A DNA stretch of 64,000 nt from Octopus sinensis (Eukaryota): assembly GCF_006345805.1 (NCBI RefSeq), contig NC_043002.1, positions 24,986,001 to 25,050,000 on the forward strand, in the 5' to 3' direction. The notes under the pieces were generated by a model, which saw only the letters and a list, made by a program, of their open reading frames with translations, had not been told where the DNA came from and did not search any database. This document shows positions 1-12,206 of the stretch, one piece after another; positions within the stretch are counted from its first letter, which is position 1, and each line of letters begins with the position of its first letter. The position numbers and the translations under genes were made by a program.

Positions 1-1030
1 CACTCAGGCTTAGGCACCTCTGGCTTTACCTGAACGGTGAGCAGGTGTGGTCTCCGTTCGTCAAGCTGTTATTGCCACAGTTCACATCGTTTACCAAACT
101 GAACCCATGGATCAAGTGTAGACCGAGGTTGGGCGTGTGGCATGTAGAGTGCCATCAGGCACTTGTGCTTCTCTCCCAGTCGGGCAACGCCGGTGGCGGG
201 GGTACTACCTCGTTCTTCTATAGAGGGTTAGTAGAGTTTAAGTGTGACGACGTCCTGGGAGAAACCCTAGGCTTCGACGAAGATCAACTGGCCAGCCTGT
301 TCCAGAGAACATTCGGTCCGGGGCCTATGGATAATTACCAAAAGTCCCTGGCCTGGCAATGTTACAGAGGAGCTTTACCGGTTCGAGATAAGCTCTTTAG
401 ACATGGGTGTGCACCTTCGTCGGTTTGTGCAAGATGTGAGAGGGACAGTGAAACTCCTGCACGCGATTGTGCAATGCCCCAAGGTGACTGAACTCTGGGC
501 TTATGTTGAACACCTGCTGTCGCATTCGAGAAGAGTACAACTGTCGAGCGAATCTGTAATTAAGATTGTTCCGCCCACCTCCCCGAATAGGGAGGATTGA
601 GCCAGTTTTCTCTCGGTAGTTGCTATGGCGAAAGAAGTAGTATGGAAGACGAGAGTGAAAGGAATTGCAACAGTCATGTTTATCTCCAGTCTCGAGCTAA
701 TCGACTTTTTCGTTTTCCACATGAAACGGAAAATAAGGCCTGAGAAGATATACCTGTCGCAAAGTGTGTTTCGTAAAAGATGGAAGTATATAGCGAGTAT
801 GTTGCGAGTGAAAGAACCTGTTTAATCGAGAACGTAAAAAAAGGAGAAAGCAAAGTCTTCCGTGTGAGTATGTGGTTTGTGGGGTCAACCGCGTCCTCTG
901 CTTCATTTTTTGTTAACCACTCATTCTCATTTAATTGTATATATTTTAATTGTTTATTCATACATTTCGTCTCATTCGATACCCTGACCCCAACGTTTGT
1001 TTTGTCTGTCCCGGTATTGTCCCTTCTTTT
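1..1030 (+). mobile_element. 3' part of a Tx1/L1-clade LINE (ORF2 C-terminus, frameshifted, plus 3' UTR)
   Basis: ORFs 45-491, 403-600 and 625-825 align piecewise with the C-terminus of ORF2 at 40001-43390 (VWSP, SLAWQCYRGALPVRDKL, CARC...HAIVQCP, AKEVVWKTR). The 5' end is outside the window. Confidence 0.9.
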
Positions 1031-1160
1031 TAGGCATGTGTTTGTGTATGTGTGCGCATGTATATGTATGTTTGTATGTATATGATTGTGCCCTGTATCT
1101 CTCTTGGCATACCAGCAAACCATAAAATCGCACCAGTCAGATCACTACTTCTATGCCCAT

Positions 1161-1164
<4 letters not shown>

Positions 1165-1194
<30 letters not shown>

Positions 1195-1236
1195 TGTATG
1201 TATGTATGTATGTATGTATGTATGTATGTATGTATG
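1165..1236. repeat. (TATG)n microsatellite; similar tracts at ~2843-2898, 3455-3512 and 14090-14170
   Basis: Directly visible. Source of spurious MYVC-type ORFs. Confidence 0.95.
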
Positions 1237-1554
1237 TTGGTGCGTTTGTGTCTCTGTATTATAGCTGTTCAGCAGAAGAGACTGATAGAATAAGCACCAG
1301 GCTTACAGGGAATAAGTCCAGGGGTCAAGGTCTTCGACTAAAGGGTGGGTCCAGCTAGTATATATTATTTTGTTTGAGTAGAGCCATTCTGTTTTGATGC
1401 CTTGTTCATTAACATACTCGCCGGTTCAATTTCCACTCATTTACTTATTTTTTCTTAAATTTTCGTTGCTTCTTACAAACTTTTTCAGTAGTCGTTGACT
1501 CTGTCCGTTATTGGAGCTGTCCCGGGCACAAAAACAAAAAAAAAAAAAAAAGAA

Positions 1555-2005
1555 ATACGTACAAAAATACGGAGTTTATGATTTCCTCTTTGTGTGTGTG
1601 TGTTCTTTATAATCGTTTAGAACAAGTAATTTTACACCAATTACACTATTTTTTAATTTTTTTCCGGCCCGGGTCAAACACCATAGTTTAAAGGCCATGG
1701 ACTGAAGATGTGAATTTTCCGAGTCCTCTCCCCCACCCCCCTTTCGCGAGCGCGCATTTTTTTTTTGTCATATTCGTTTAGAGCAAGTTGTTTTACACCT
1801 ATTACACTATTTTTTTTTGTTTTTGTGCCTGGGTCAGCTCCTCAGACGCTTTCGGAAATTCACGATGTGAATTTTCCGAAGCCTCTCCCCACCCCCCTTT
1901 CGGGCGCGCATTATTTTTTTCATATTCGTTTAGAGGAAGTTGTTTTACACCTATTACACTATTTGTTTTTGTTTTTTATGACCGGGTGTAACGCTTTAGT
2001 TTAAC
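1555..2005. mobile_element. Non-autonomous element with internal ~130-bp tandem repeats (HINE/Helentron-like?), copy 1
   Basis: Tandem units (gttttacacctattacact...cggaaatt...ctctcccccacccc) recur at 31470-32035 and inverted at 56040-56221. All three share the end ...gtaacgc...ttaac. Confidence 0.6.
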
Positions 2006-2329
2006 CATGTATTCGGCATATTCATGTTTGAGTGTATCTATGTGTATGGGTTCGTGTGTCTATGTATGAATTGTTTCTCCATATATGTCCTTGTGTGTGT
2101 GTGAAGTATGCGTATGTGTATATGGCCATGTGTTTCAGTCTTCTTTTGTTTATGCATGTGTGTATGTGTGTGTGTGCTTGTCCGTATTACGTATGTACCT
2201 ATCTATCTACTTATCTATCTGTTTACTTATATACCCATTTACCTACTTAGACACACACACACACACCTCTACATAACAGCCTACAACAAATCTACCCGTG
2301 TATATATTAACTGTGGGCATTGGGGTTTC

Positions 2330-2835
2330 ACTACCTAGTTAGTTCTGGGGATGTTTCATTTATGAGGACGTACTCGTGTATTTGTCTGAGTGTATTTGTC
2401 CTTCGGGTATTTGGATAACATGTATATGTCAAGTTGAACCAATGTATCTCCATGTTTGTCTTTGACATGTTGGTAGAGTATGGGGGACTGTTTTTTTGTC
2501 GTCATATTGTCTGAAATATTTATTTAGTTTCTCTGCAATGCTTCTAGATGTTTTACCAACGTATGTCATGTTCTTGTCTTTACAAGCACCCTCTATGCAT
2601 CTTACGCTGTAGACTACATTTCTAGATATAAAATTATTGCCAGGATTAATCTTACATACCATGCAGTTATCATTGGTGCATTTGGTATTCTCAAAGGTGT
2701 ATGTCCTGCATAACTGGGATCTGATGGAGCTCCTTGACTTTCCAACGATCTTAATGTTGAGTTTGACCTCCTTCAGAGCTTTCCTAAATCTTCGAGTTAG
2801 TTCTCCATGGGCTCTTTGATGTGTTCACCCTATTT
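2330..2835 (-). mobile_element. Penelope-like element GIY-YIG endonuclease fragment
   Basis: Translation ...SRNVVYSVRCIEGACKDKNMTYVGKTSRS... shows the VVY...C..C...YVGKT pattern of PLE endonucleases. Confidence 0.75.
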
Positions 2836-2898
2836 GCTTCAAGTATGTATGTATGTATGTAAGTATGTAAGTATGTATGTATGTATGTATGTATGTAT

Positions 2899-3446
2899 GG
2901 TCACTTTCGAGTGCTACTGGTAACATGTAACCCAGTACAACCTGTTGCATGGTCGGGTCGTCGGCGACTAAACCGGTAACCCCACCAAGCTTGCTTGGTG
3001 AGGAGGGTGTTTATTGGACACTTTGCGGGATGAAAAACAAAACCCGTCAAAGGGCGGAGGAACTCTTGAGAGTCAACGGCCACCCAATAAATGTCTTAAG
3101 GCTGTATCATGCGCGGGGACATAGAAAAAATCGGACAGTATACCTGATCGCGCGGTTAAACCATTGGGAGTGAAGGACTCCTAGCCTTTGTTAGGGCATC
3201 CTTCTAGGATAAGGTAACTCAGATAACTGGGATAACTCCGACATAAAACCTGCGGCTCAGTGGTTACCAATGATGTTGACTTGTTCTTCTTTTCGGATTA
3301 TGGCTGCTGTTGCTTAGTGAGTGGGATTGACTCAGTGCACAGCCTTTCCTCACTTAAAAAAATCTTCTTGCACAGGCATTGCACGATAACAACATTGATT
3401 AAGCTTCGTGCAATGGCCATACTCGATAACGAGGGGGCATCAACCA
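2899..3446 (+). mobile_element. Non-coding element between (TATG)n tracts, probably a non-autonomous RTE derivative (5' UTR joined to 3' end)
   Basis: RTE-5'UTR-like tract (ggcatccttctaggataaggtaactc) and a hairpin 3' end (ctcgataacgag) running into a (CATG/TATG)n tail. No ORF. Confidence 0.45.
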
Positions 3447-4196
3447 TGCATGCATGTATGTATGTATGTATGTATGTATGTATGTATGTATGTATGTATG
3501 TATGTATGTATGAATGAATGAATGAATGAATGAAATAACAATAATGACATGTGGATAGAAATTCATAGGCTTTATTAATTCATCACATCATATGTGTTGT
3601 ACATCCCACACGATCACAAGGTAACAATTGTCCATATTCATATTGCTACGTCACACGCAACCTCCTGAAACCACCAGCAGGCGCCAACATTTTCAATTCA
3701 CAATAATAAAAGAAAAGGATAAAAAAGATAATATTGATATTAAGGATGACGTCCTCAACTACCTTTCGTGCTTATAGTACATAGAGTATATATATATAAA
3801 TTGGTGATAATGACGATCTATCGACTATTATAAGTTCCTCTTTCCCTTTGGATCATTTGTCATTAATTTGAAGGTAAGGAGATGAGAATCCCAAAGTGTG
3901 AAATTTGTCCCCTTAAATACGAAGAGGAATTTAAAAACAAACATCATTCAGACGGTGCCTTCAATATTTTATGAAAGTCATTCAATACAACAGATTTTAG
4001 CCACTTTTTTTTGCAGATTCGTATTCTCCGTAGCCGAAAACGGGGGTTTGCGCAGAAAAAAAATTATTTAAAAAAAGGGGTATTTTTTTTTGGGGGGGGG
4101 GGGGGTACGAAAATCAGTCTTGCTGCATTTCACCTGGCGTGCTAACGATTCTGCCAGTTTGCCGCCTTAATTATAACGATGATGATGGTCATGGTG

Positions 4197-4231
<35 letters not shown>

Positions 4232-4232
4232 T

Positions 4233-4442
4233 TCTAATTTTTTCACAAGAGTAGCAGTTTCAGGGGAGGGGATAAGTTGATTACATCGATTCTAGTGTTC
4301 AATTGGTACTTATTTTATCGACCCTGAAAGGATGAGAAGCAAATTCGACCTTGGCGGAATTTGAACTCAGAACGTAGCGATGGGTGAAATGCCGCTAAGC
4401 ATTTTGTCCAGTGCGCTAACGATTCTGCCAGCTGGTTGCCTT
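4233..4442 (-). mobile_element. tRNA-derived SINE with (ATT)n-type tail; extra head fragment at ~4118-4168
   Basis: A box TGGCAGAATCG and B box GAGTTCAAATTCC on the minus strand. Same head and body as 11795-12206 and 19335-19560. Confidence 0.85.
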
Positions 4443-4494
4443 AATAATGATGAAGATGATGATGATGATGATAATAATGATATTAATAATAAAT

Positions 4495-7400
4495 TTTTTT
4501 TTAGCCACAAGGGATAATATAAATCAAAACATTAAAGGACAATACAAAACGATATACAAAGGACTTTGGAAAGAAAAAAACACATTCGTGGAAACATTTG
4601 ATAGCAATAAAAAAAACAACAATGTAACAAGTGAAAAAAAACTCCCAATAGGAGACGCACTTTAAAGGTTACTCGTGGAAAAACCCATAAAAACACGGGT
4701 ACCTGATCAACAGGTTTTTTTACAGGTATGTTCTCAGAATTGGTCCATCTATACTGGCCATTTTTCTGACATTCACCCACCTTTCAACAAATTTGCTAGA
4801 AGACAACACTTCCTTCTCTATCCTCACTTGCCTTTTCAAGTGGAACTTGAAAAAGTTGATGAGATGTTGGCCAAAGAGGAAAGTGTCTGACTTTAGCCAT
4901 TTCAAACGGGTCCACCATCCTACTTCATTCACTACAGCCACCAGACAAATGAAAATTGCCTTCTTCTCCCGGGGGGAGGAGCAATTTTCACTATAGATTC
5001 AGAGGATAGTCGGATCCGTCCTACATGCGACAGCAGCTGTTCGACATAAATCCACAGGTCAGCAATGCTCAGGCACTGGACGAGTGCGTGCAGAATGGTT
5101 TCATCGCCCTGAGCGCACCTCGGGCAGGCCTGGTTGACGGCACTTCCGTGCTTGTAAAGTTTATCTCAAACTGGCATCACTTCTCGGTAACACTGTTAGG
5201 CAAGGAATTTCTGGAAGTTATCTATAAGCCCCGACCCGAAAATTCTTCCACTGGTTAGTTGATCATCGTCGACGCTTAGAGTTTTCCCGAGAACGTCGTT
5301 GCCATTTTACTCCACTAACCCTCAATAAAACGCTAGAGTGGAACTACTACCAATCGCATTACTCGCGGAGGGCTGTGAGTGCTTGACGGCACTTGAGGTG
5401 CCAAGAGCCCTTTCTCGGTCTACGCTTCTTCCAAGATTGCAGCTCAGTCAAAGAGACGAGCTGTGGAAATGCGAATCTGACAAATGGTGACCACACTCGC
5501 TCACCATCCAGGAAACGCTTGAGATGCCGCAGCCTGAGCGCATGTCTGCGCAACAGCAACCGCGGCATACCAAGGTCTCCGTTCATCGGCTGTTGACAGT
5601 ATATGGAGCACCTGACTAGTGGAACGTTCCTCTTCCACAGAAAGTGGAAGAGTAAGCGCATCAGTTTGGCCAACCAGCAGTCGGGACAAGGGATGATGGT
5701 CAAGCGGTAATAGATGACGGATGCGATGTACGCATTCGCAACTTCGGCTCGACCTTTCAGGGACAGCTTCCTCTTGGCCCATTTCTGGGTGAGATTGGCC
5801 ACCCTGTTCACCACCTCGTCCCAGTTTTTCTCCAGCAGAAGGTCCGGACCGAACCAGACCCCAAGCAATTTAATCGCTCCACAACGTTTTGGACGGCATG
5901 TACTTTCCTCTCCAGTGCCGAGTTGGAAGCCCGCCGACTTTTACTCGCTAATTTTGGCTCCTGTCACTGCTTCGTATTTATTTAGTGTGTCGCTAGTCAG
6001 GTCAATATGCCTGTGGCTCGACACACTTTTCCTACACCCCAGACACGCTTTTTCCACACCTTAGATCAAGCAGGACATCCTTCAATGCTTCCAACTTCCG
6101 TAGTAGTGGATCGAGAGTCAGCACATAGAAAAGGAAGGAGAGAGGGCATCCTTGGCAGACCGAGCGCATGATGCTGAACAGCTCTCACAGGTGACCGTTC
6201 ATTCATAAAAACGAGCAGATGCTGCTGTACAAAGCAGCGATCCACCCACGGAAGACCGGACCGAAACCGGCTGCCTTGAGAACAGCTGCCAAGTATTGAT
6301 GGTTAACCCTTTAGATTGATCTAAATTGATCAAAGCCCCACCCGTGCCAGCTTCGTTACCTACCCTCTCTATGATGTAGCACATGAAGTGGAGGTTGTCG
6401 CGAATAGACCTGGTTGGGATGGCGCATGTTTGTGCCTTGCCAATTAGCTTGTCTACGACAACCACCAACCTCTTGGCTAACACCTTGGCCAAAATCTTCA
6501 ACTCTGCATTGAGCAGAGTGATGGGCCTGACATTTTCTATATCGTCCCCATTGTTTGAGTCCTTTCTCAGCAGGGCCACCTCTCGACAATCAAAAGCTGG
6601 AATTTTCCCGTTTTGTTGCCAGTTGCAGTAGACGTCTGCTAAAAGGCCCGGAAGCAAGTCTGGCATTGAAATGTAAAGTTCGTCGGGCAAATCATCCAAA
6701 CCCGGCGATCTGCCTCTCGTGCAGCTTTTCATTGCTTCCTGTACTTCCCAGGCTGATATCAGTCTTTCGCTGCACTCCGCCTTGTTCGCTGAGAGTCGCA
6801 GCAGGCTGTCCAGGTACACACCGAATTCTGCCCCGTTATCCGTCCTACCGCTCGTCTCAAACAGTCAAGCAAAGTGCTGCTGAAAGGCTGCACATAACTG
6901 CTTTGGTTTGAACACATCACGCTCGTTATGGTCCACCAAATAATGAATGCTGGCTTTGTTGCTACTTTCAGCCTCCACCACTCAGGCTCGTCGAGTGGCT
7001 TTAGCCCCCTCCCCGCTTACTGAACGTGACTTAGCTCTGACAACGCAGCCTTCGTGTTTGGCATCAAAGTGTTGGTCAAGGGCCAACCTCACTCCCAACA
7101 CGTCAGTTGCGATGCCTGTCTAGCTCCTCGTCTAGCTTTCTAACTAAATCTCCCTCTATTTTATATTTTTCTACAGCTAAAGCCTTACTAAACCTAATTG
7201 ATCCTACTCTAATTGCCCTCTTAAGAGCAAACAACCTGTTGTTGTTGACGATCGCCCCTGTCAACGACTGCTTAACTAATTTGCTAATCCAGTCTCTATA
7301 AGCTTTGCACACTGGTAACGATGCGTTTAGCTTCCAGTAACCGGGATCCTTTCTATGAAACCTATCTAAGTTGACCGTACAGATCACTAACTTGTGTTCT

Positions 7401-8290
7401 GTGTAACCGACTATGTGAAATTGTGGACACCCTATGCTGTCCTTATCCACTGGCCTACAGAAAACTCTATCTAGATATGATCTAGATAACCCGATGCGAT
7501 TTGCCCAAGTCCACATTGGTAGATTTGGGTTATCTAGTCGGTATGTGTCAGACAGTTGGAAGCGTCTGAGCAGGTTGATGCGGCTTTTGCACCCCCTCCT
7601 ATCAGATGCTTTCACTCCCACACGATCGAAACGTTTGTCTAAGACAGAGTTCCAATCCTCTACCAGCACTAAAGTGCGAGACGTTCCCAGGAAAACCTCC
7701 AGACCCTTGAAATAATCCGATCACTCTGCTCCTGTCAGAGCATAGGCAGCCACCAGTCTGAAGGCACCACCGTCACTGCTGTTCACATCCAAGACCACCA
7801 ACTTACCTTCTGGATTCAGGAAGAATACCTTTATTCTCAGATCCAAGTCTTTCCGGAAAAGCACTGCAGTACCATCCCCACCACTCTCGGCTGACACGGA
7901 GATAGAAAAATCTCGTATCCGCCAAAAAAGGGTTGTGAGGTCCCGCAGGTAGGAAAGCCTGGTTTCACTAATGGCTGCTACATCCACATTGAAAAACCTC
8001 AGGTCGTTTAATTGGTGACCTTGTTTCTAAGGCAACCTAAGGCCCCTGACATGCTACCGATTCTGAGCACAAATATGTCAAAAGTTTTTTACGAAGGAGA
8101 AAAGCTCTACTTAACACTGTTGTCTGGTGGGGTAGCTCCCTTGTGCTTTGGTGTGGGTATTTCCACAAGGTTTTTAATATTTTTTGGAGAAAGATTTTTG
8201 AAGCGACCCAACATCTTTTGAAAATTTTGTTTTAATAATGCTGTAATTGTCAAGCATTCAGTCATACTGTAACATCTCTTATCCTTCACT
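4495..8290 (-). mobile_element. Degenerate Tx1/L1-clade LINE (ORF1 C-terminal remnant, EN, RT, C-terminal domain, 3' UTR)
   Basis: Fragments DVAAISETRL/AYA (EN), SRSYLDR, PGLDDLP..RPITLLNAELKILAKVLAKRL (RT), LGVWFGPD and FFKFHLKRQV, with many stops and frameshifts. Confidence 0.92.
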
Positions 8291-8352
8291 CATACTAAGA
8301 CGCTGGGTGTGTCTCGGAAAGTGATTGTAACAAACATGCAGATTAAAAATAA
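8290..8352 (+). mobile_element. Short 3' end of an R4/Dong-like element followed by (AAC)/(AAT)n
   Basis: ctgggtgtgtctcggaaagtgattgtaacaaacatg resembles the 3' end at 9640-9700 and is followed by an AAT tail. Confidence 0.4.
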
Positions 8353-8397
8353 ATAACAACAACAACAACAACAATAATAATAATAATAATAATACTG

Positions 8398-8429
<32 letters not shown>

Positions 8430-8430
8430 G

Positions 8431-8462
<32 letters not shown>

Positions 8463-8540
8463 GATAATAATAATAATAACAATAATAATAATGATGATGA
8501 TGATGATGATGATGATGACAATAATAATAATGATAATAAT
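8353..8540. repeat. Compound (AAT)n/(GAT)n microsatellite
   Basis: Directly visible. Confidence 0.95.
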
Positions 8541-9451
8541 GGTGTATAAAAATACCGTGGAACAACTGTTGAAACACACAAAGAAGGGTGGCACAATCAA
8601 AACCGAAAATTGCGTAACTAAAGAAAAATTTAAACAAGAAATGAGCAAAAAACAAAAAAAAAAAGCATAGAAGGAAAAGAAAATGTACGGTCAGGTTGCA
8701 AGAGACGTGAACACCAAGACAGATACAGAGGACCAATGGCTATTAATGAGGAGAAGATAGATACAGAAGCACTCACATGCGCAGCTCAGGAACAAGCGCT
8801 AAGGACCAATTATATGAAGTGCAGAATAGACAACACTACCGATAGCGACAAATGCAGAATGTGTAGTGAGCGGGGTGAAACGGTATGGCACAACGCAAAT
8901 GCAAAAGATGCCATGACAATATAGCAAGAATGATCCATTGGGATCTCCATAGAAATCACAGCCTACAGAGAGCAAAGACATGGTATGAGAAAACTCCAGA
9001 AGGAGTCACCGAAAATGAGAATTGCAAAATCCTGCGGGATGCAGTGATCCAGTGCGATCATCTGATCAGACGTTGGAAACTGGACATTGTTGTGGTGAAT
9101 AAAAGAGAAAGAACATGTATGATGATCGACATAGCATGCCCCGGTAACAACAAAATCAATGTGAAAAAAAAGAGAAAAAATAAAGTGGGAAATACGAAGG
9201 TTGTGGTTAATGAAGAGAGTAGACGTAATAGTAATTGGTGCACGTGGAAGTATCAGCATTCAACTACCAACTGAAAAAGATCGGTGCAAGTGTGAAGGTA
9301 GAACACCTACAAAAATCAGCATTGCTTGGAACTGCAAGAATTCTTTGTAGGGTTCTTGAAGCATGACCAGTAAACAAGTATCACCTTAGTCTGCAGCCTG
9401 TGGACAGCTGACATTTTCCATTATACCTACCAAAATAAGCTGTGAGTTTTT

Positions 9452-9455
<4 letters not shown>
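8541..9455 (+). mobile_element. R4/Dong-clade (REL endonuclease) non-LTR retrotransposon, 5'-truncated and frameshifted
   Basis: MYGQ, AAQEQALRTNY, CCHC knuckle (CRMC...ETVWH), HDNIARMIHW, REL motif (LDIVVVNK...IDIACP) and LQKSALLGTARIL. Ends in an (AAT)n tail. Confidence 0.85.
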
Positions 9456-9485
<30 letters not shown>

Positions 9486-9509
9486 GTAATAATAGTAATA
9501 ATAATAATG

Positions 9510-9555
<46 letters not shown>

Positions 9556-9569
9556 TAATAATAATACTA

Positions 9570-9712
9570 TGTACAAAACCAAATATAAGGGCACCCTAGG
9601 CATAACACTAACATGAACTTCCAGCTTGTTGTCTCTTGAGGTCTCTGGGTGAGACTTGGAGCCAACTTGTACAAATGTAAAGCCAAAGTCAAACATAAAA
9701 TAATAATAATAC
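9570..9712 (+). mobile_element. 3' end of a further R4/Dong-like element with (AAT)n tail
   Basis: ttgttgtctcttgaggtctctgggtgagacttgg...gtcaaacataaaataataataat, bracketed by AAT arrays. Confidence 0.45.
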
Positions 9713-9747
9713 CATTCATAACAATACTGGTAATAAATAGACCCTAA

Positions 9748-10811
9748 TTAAACGTCAGAATCCCTTGATAAAACCCTTTGTTCTTTATATTGTTGAAACC
9801 TATAACGGACTTGATTATTATTTCTCAGTATGTAAATTGAGTCATACATTTGCTGCATACAGGGAGCTGTCGGCATAGGTCTAAACTGGTCACATATTGA
9901 CACAAGGATCGGGGACTGCAGATATGTCTTCAAAAGGGGACGATAATATCTGGTTGTATGAAAGAGATCATTTCGACAATTTAGGGAAATGCCTAACTTT
10001 TCTGACAATACACCATTCCAAACATCATCTGGCATGAGCATTTTGTTTTGCAATGATCCCAGATAGAGTTTTCTGATTACACTAATATGTGCTACGTAAC
10101 CAACACCATGACAAAATTTAGGATAGTACTTCCCCTGATACAACATTTTCTGACCGAGATCACGGAATCTTTTGTATTTGTTATGCTCAGACTCTCGTCC
10201 GCCAAGACAATAACAAAGTGCAAAATGATTATCATAATCAGCTTGAGACAAATCATAGTGAAGAAATGACACAAGTTTGACCTGGTCAACAAAAAGTTCA
10301 TCATTTAATACCATAACATATTCCACATTGGCACAAAACTCCACACTCCATTTCCATGCAATAAGTGTCTTTAAGTAGACATTTCCATAAGATTCTGGGA
10401 AATCTTCCTGGATAACATCTCTGTATTTTCTACTCTCCTTACGAATGAGCGATTCAGTTGTATAATTATTTGTATTGGCGAAAAGAAAAACATGTTTGAT
10501 AATAATGTCTTTTGAGAAAGAATCATATGGAATATCCTGGAAAATTTTTCTTAGTACTTTTCGTCGATCCAAATTGCCGTAAATTGAACGGACGATGTAA
10601 AGAAGAAATACCTGTTCATATTGACTGCAAAGAACTGGTTCATTGATGAGATTTTTAAAGTAATATTCATATGGCTGCGGGTTTTCATAGTAACGTTTAT
10701 CAACTTTTGATCCTTTTGGCTGTGATCTAAAAGTGATCTTAATATTTTTCAAAAATTTTTTCCTTTCATTAAAATAAGTCAAAGAATGATCATTTGATGA
10801 CTGAGAAGCAT
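9748..10811 (-). CDS. GT31-family (beta-1,3-galactosyltransferase-like) glycosyltransferase, coding exon 2 (catalytic domain)
   Basis: Motifs QEDFPESYGNVYLKT, W..EFC...YVMVLNDELFV, YPKFCHGVGYV and DDVWNG. Strong acceptor tttacttcacgtttgttttccag ends at 10812. The tracked ATG at 10866 lies in the intron. Confidence 0.9.
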
Positions 10812-11625
10812 CTGGAAAACAAACGTGAAGTAAAGTATATACATTAAGAATTGTTGAAAATTTCATCTAGCAGCATGACTCACAAAATAATTTCAAATTC
10901 AAAGCTTGTAATGTTTTACTAGTATTCAGTAAGAAGGCTCAGGCTACACTTAGATCTGATGATATGCTCTGAATAGCAACAAATCAGTTTGCAGAAATTC
11001 CACCCCATATTATATATCCTGTTGTTGTTGTTCCCTATTATAGATGGGTTATAAAAGAGAAAGCATGCCAGAATCAGTGCAGAGGTTTGAGAAGATTTCA
11101 GAGAAGGTTGATGAATATAGGATTTTTGGTCACTGTTCGACCTGTTTTTGAAAGAATTACTTTGTTTTCAACGTACTTCTCTATGCATGTACCTTGAACA
11201 CATTATCCTCACCAATAGATAAATAGCCAACCAATCCTTAGTCATAAACACATCACAAATAATAACAGATTATATTTCCTGGCTCTCATGCAAATTCAAG
11301 CTTTTCTATGATTATGTACCAAGAAACAACTTTGCTTCTAGTCCGCCAAAATTCACTATTGGCAAGCCATTACGTAATTATATAAATATTATTATACACT
11401 CATGTAAAAATATAAATAACATTGGAGTTGATTTTATTATGGGACAGCATGCATTCTTAATATCATTCTAGTATATCAAGTTCCATTCAACGAATTCACA
11501 CGGTGTTTTGGTAATTGTTCACTCAAAGTTGTAAATATACAAGTAACTAGCTAACTAAATAAATGTTGGATTTAACATTCAATGAACTTCAATTATCCAT
11601 TGTTATAACTAAGAAAGAAACTCAC

Positions 11626-11695
11626 CATAAATCATCCAGCATAGATACAGCGTGGTACAGATTGCAATTAAGGCTGTTATTTTTTTATTGTACAT
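11626..11695 (-). CDS. GT31 gene coding exon 1: N-terminal type II membrane anchor MYNKKITALIAICTTLYLCWMIY
   Basis: Acceptor ttttattctttgacag 2 nt before the ATG and donor G|GTGAGT at 11625. The phase-1 join G+AT gives Asp in frame with exon 2; 70+1064=1134 nt = 377 aa plus stop. Confidence 0.85.
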
Positions 11696-11794
11696 TTCTG
11701 TCAAAGAATAAAAAAGAAAAAAATTCTTAACACAAAATAGAAATTTGGAAGATAATGTAGAATTTAAAGTTACTGTTTGTCTCTGACACATATC

Positions 11795-12206
11795 CTATTT
11801 CTTTACTACCCACAAGGAGCTAAACGAAGAGAGGACAAACAAGAACAGACAAACGGATTAAGTCGATTATATCGACCCCAGTGCGTAACTGGTACTTATT
11901 TAATCGACCCCGAAAGGATGAAAGGCAAACTCAACCTCGGCGGAATTTGAACTCAGAACGTAGCGGCAGATGAAATACCTATTTCTTTACAACCCACAAG
12001 GGACTAAACACAGAGAGGACAAACAAGGACAGACAAACGGATTAAGTCGATTATATCGACCCCAGTGCGTAACTGGTACTTATTTAATCGACCCCGAAAG
12101 GATGAAAAGCAAAGTCGACCTTGGCAGAATTTGAACTCAGAACGTAACGGCAGACGAAATACCGCTAAGCATTTAGCTCGGCGTGCTAACGTTCCTGCCA
12201 GCTCGC
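11795..12206 (-). mobile_element. Tandem dimer of tRNA-derived SINE (full copy plus 5'-truncated copy), 10-bp TSD gacacatatc
   Basis: Two near-identical bodies, each ending ...ttgtggg..gtaaagaaatag. TSD at 11785-11794 and 12221-12230. Confidence 0.92.

Noticed and set aside
2899-2980. HDV-like ribozyme at the 5' end of the element
   Set aside because: A P4 hairpin, a TAA linker and a P2-compatible pairing exist, but I could not build a canonical P1/P3/L3 double pseudoknot.
3530-3690. Possible solo LTR (TGTTGG start and AATAAA on the minus strand)
   Set aside because: No matching TSD for any candidate CA end.
8279-8736. Poly-Leu/Ile/Tyr/His ORFs and MYVC/CVCV ORFs throughout the window
   Set aside because: Translations of microsatellites.
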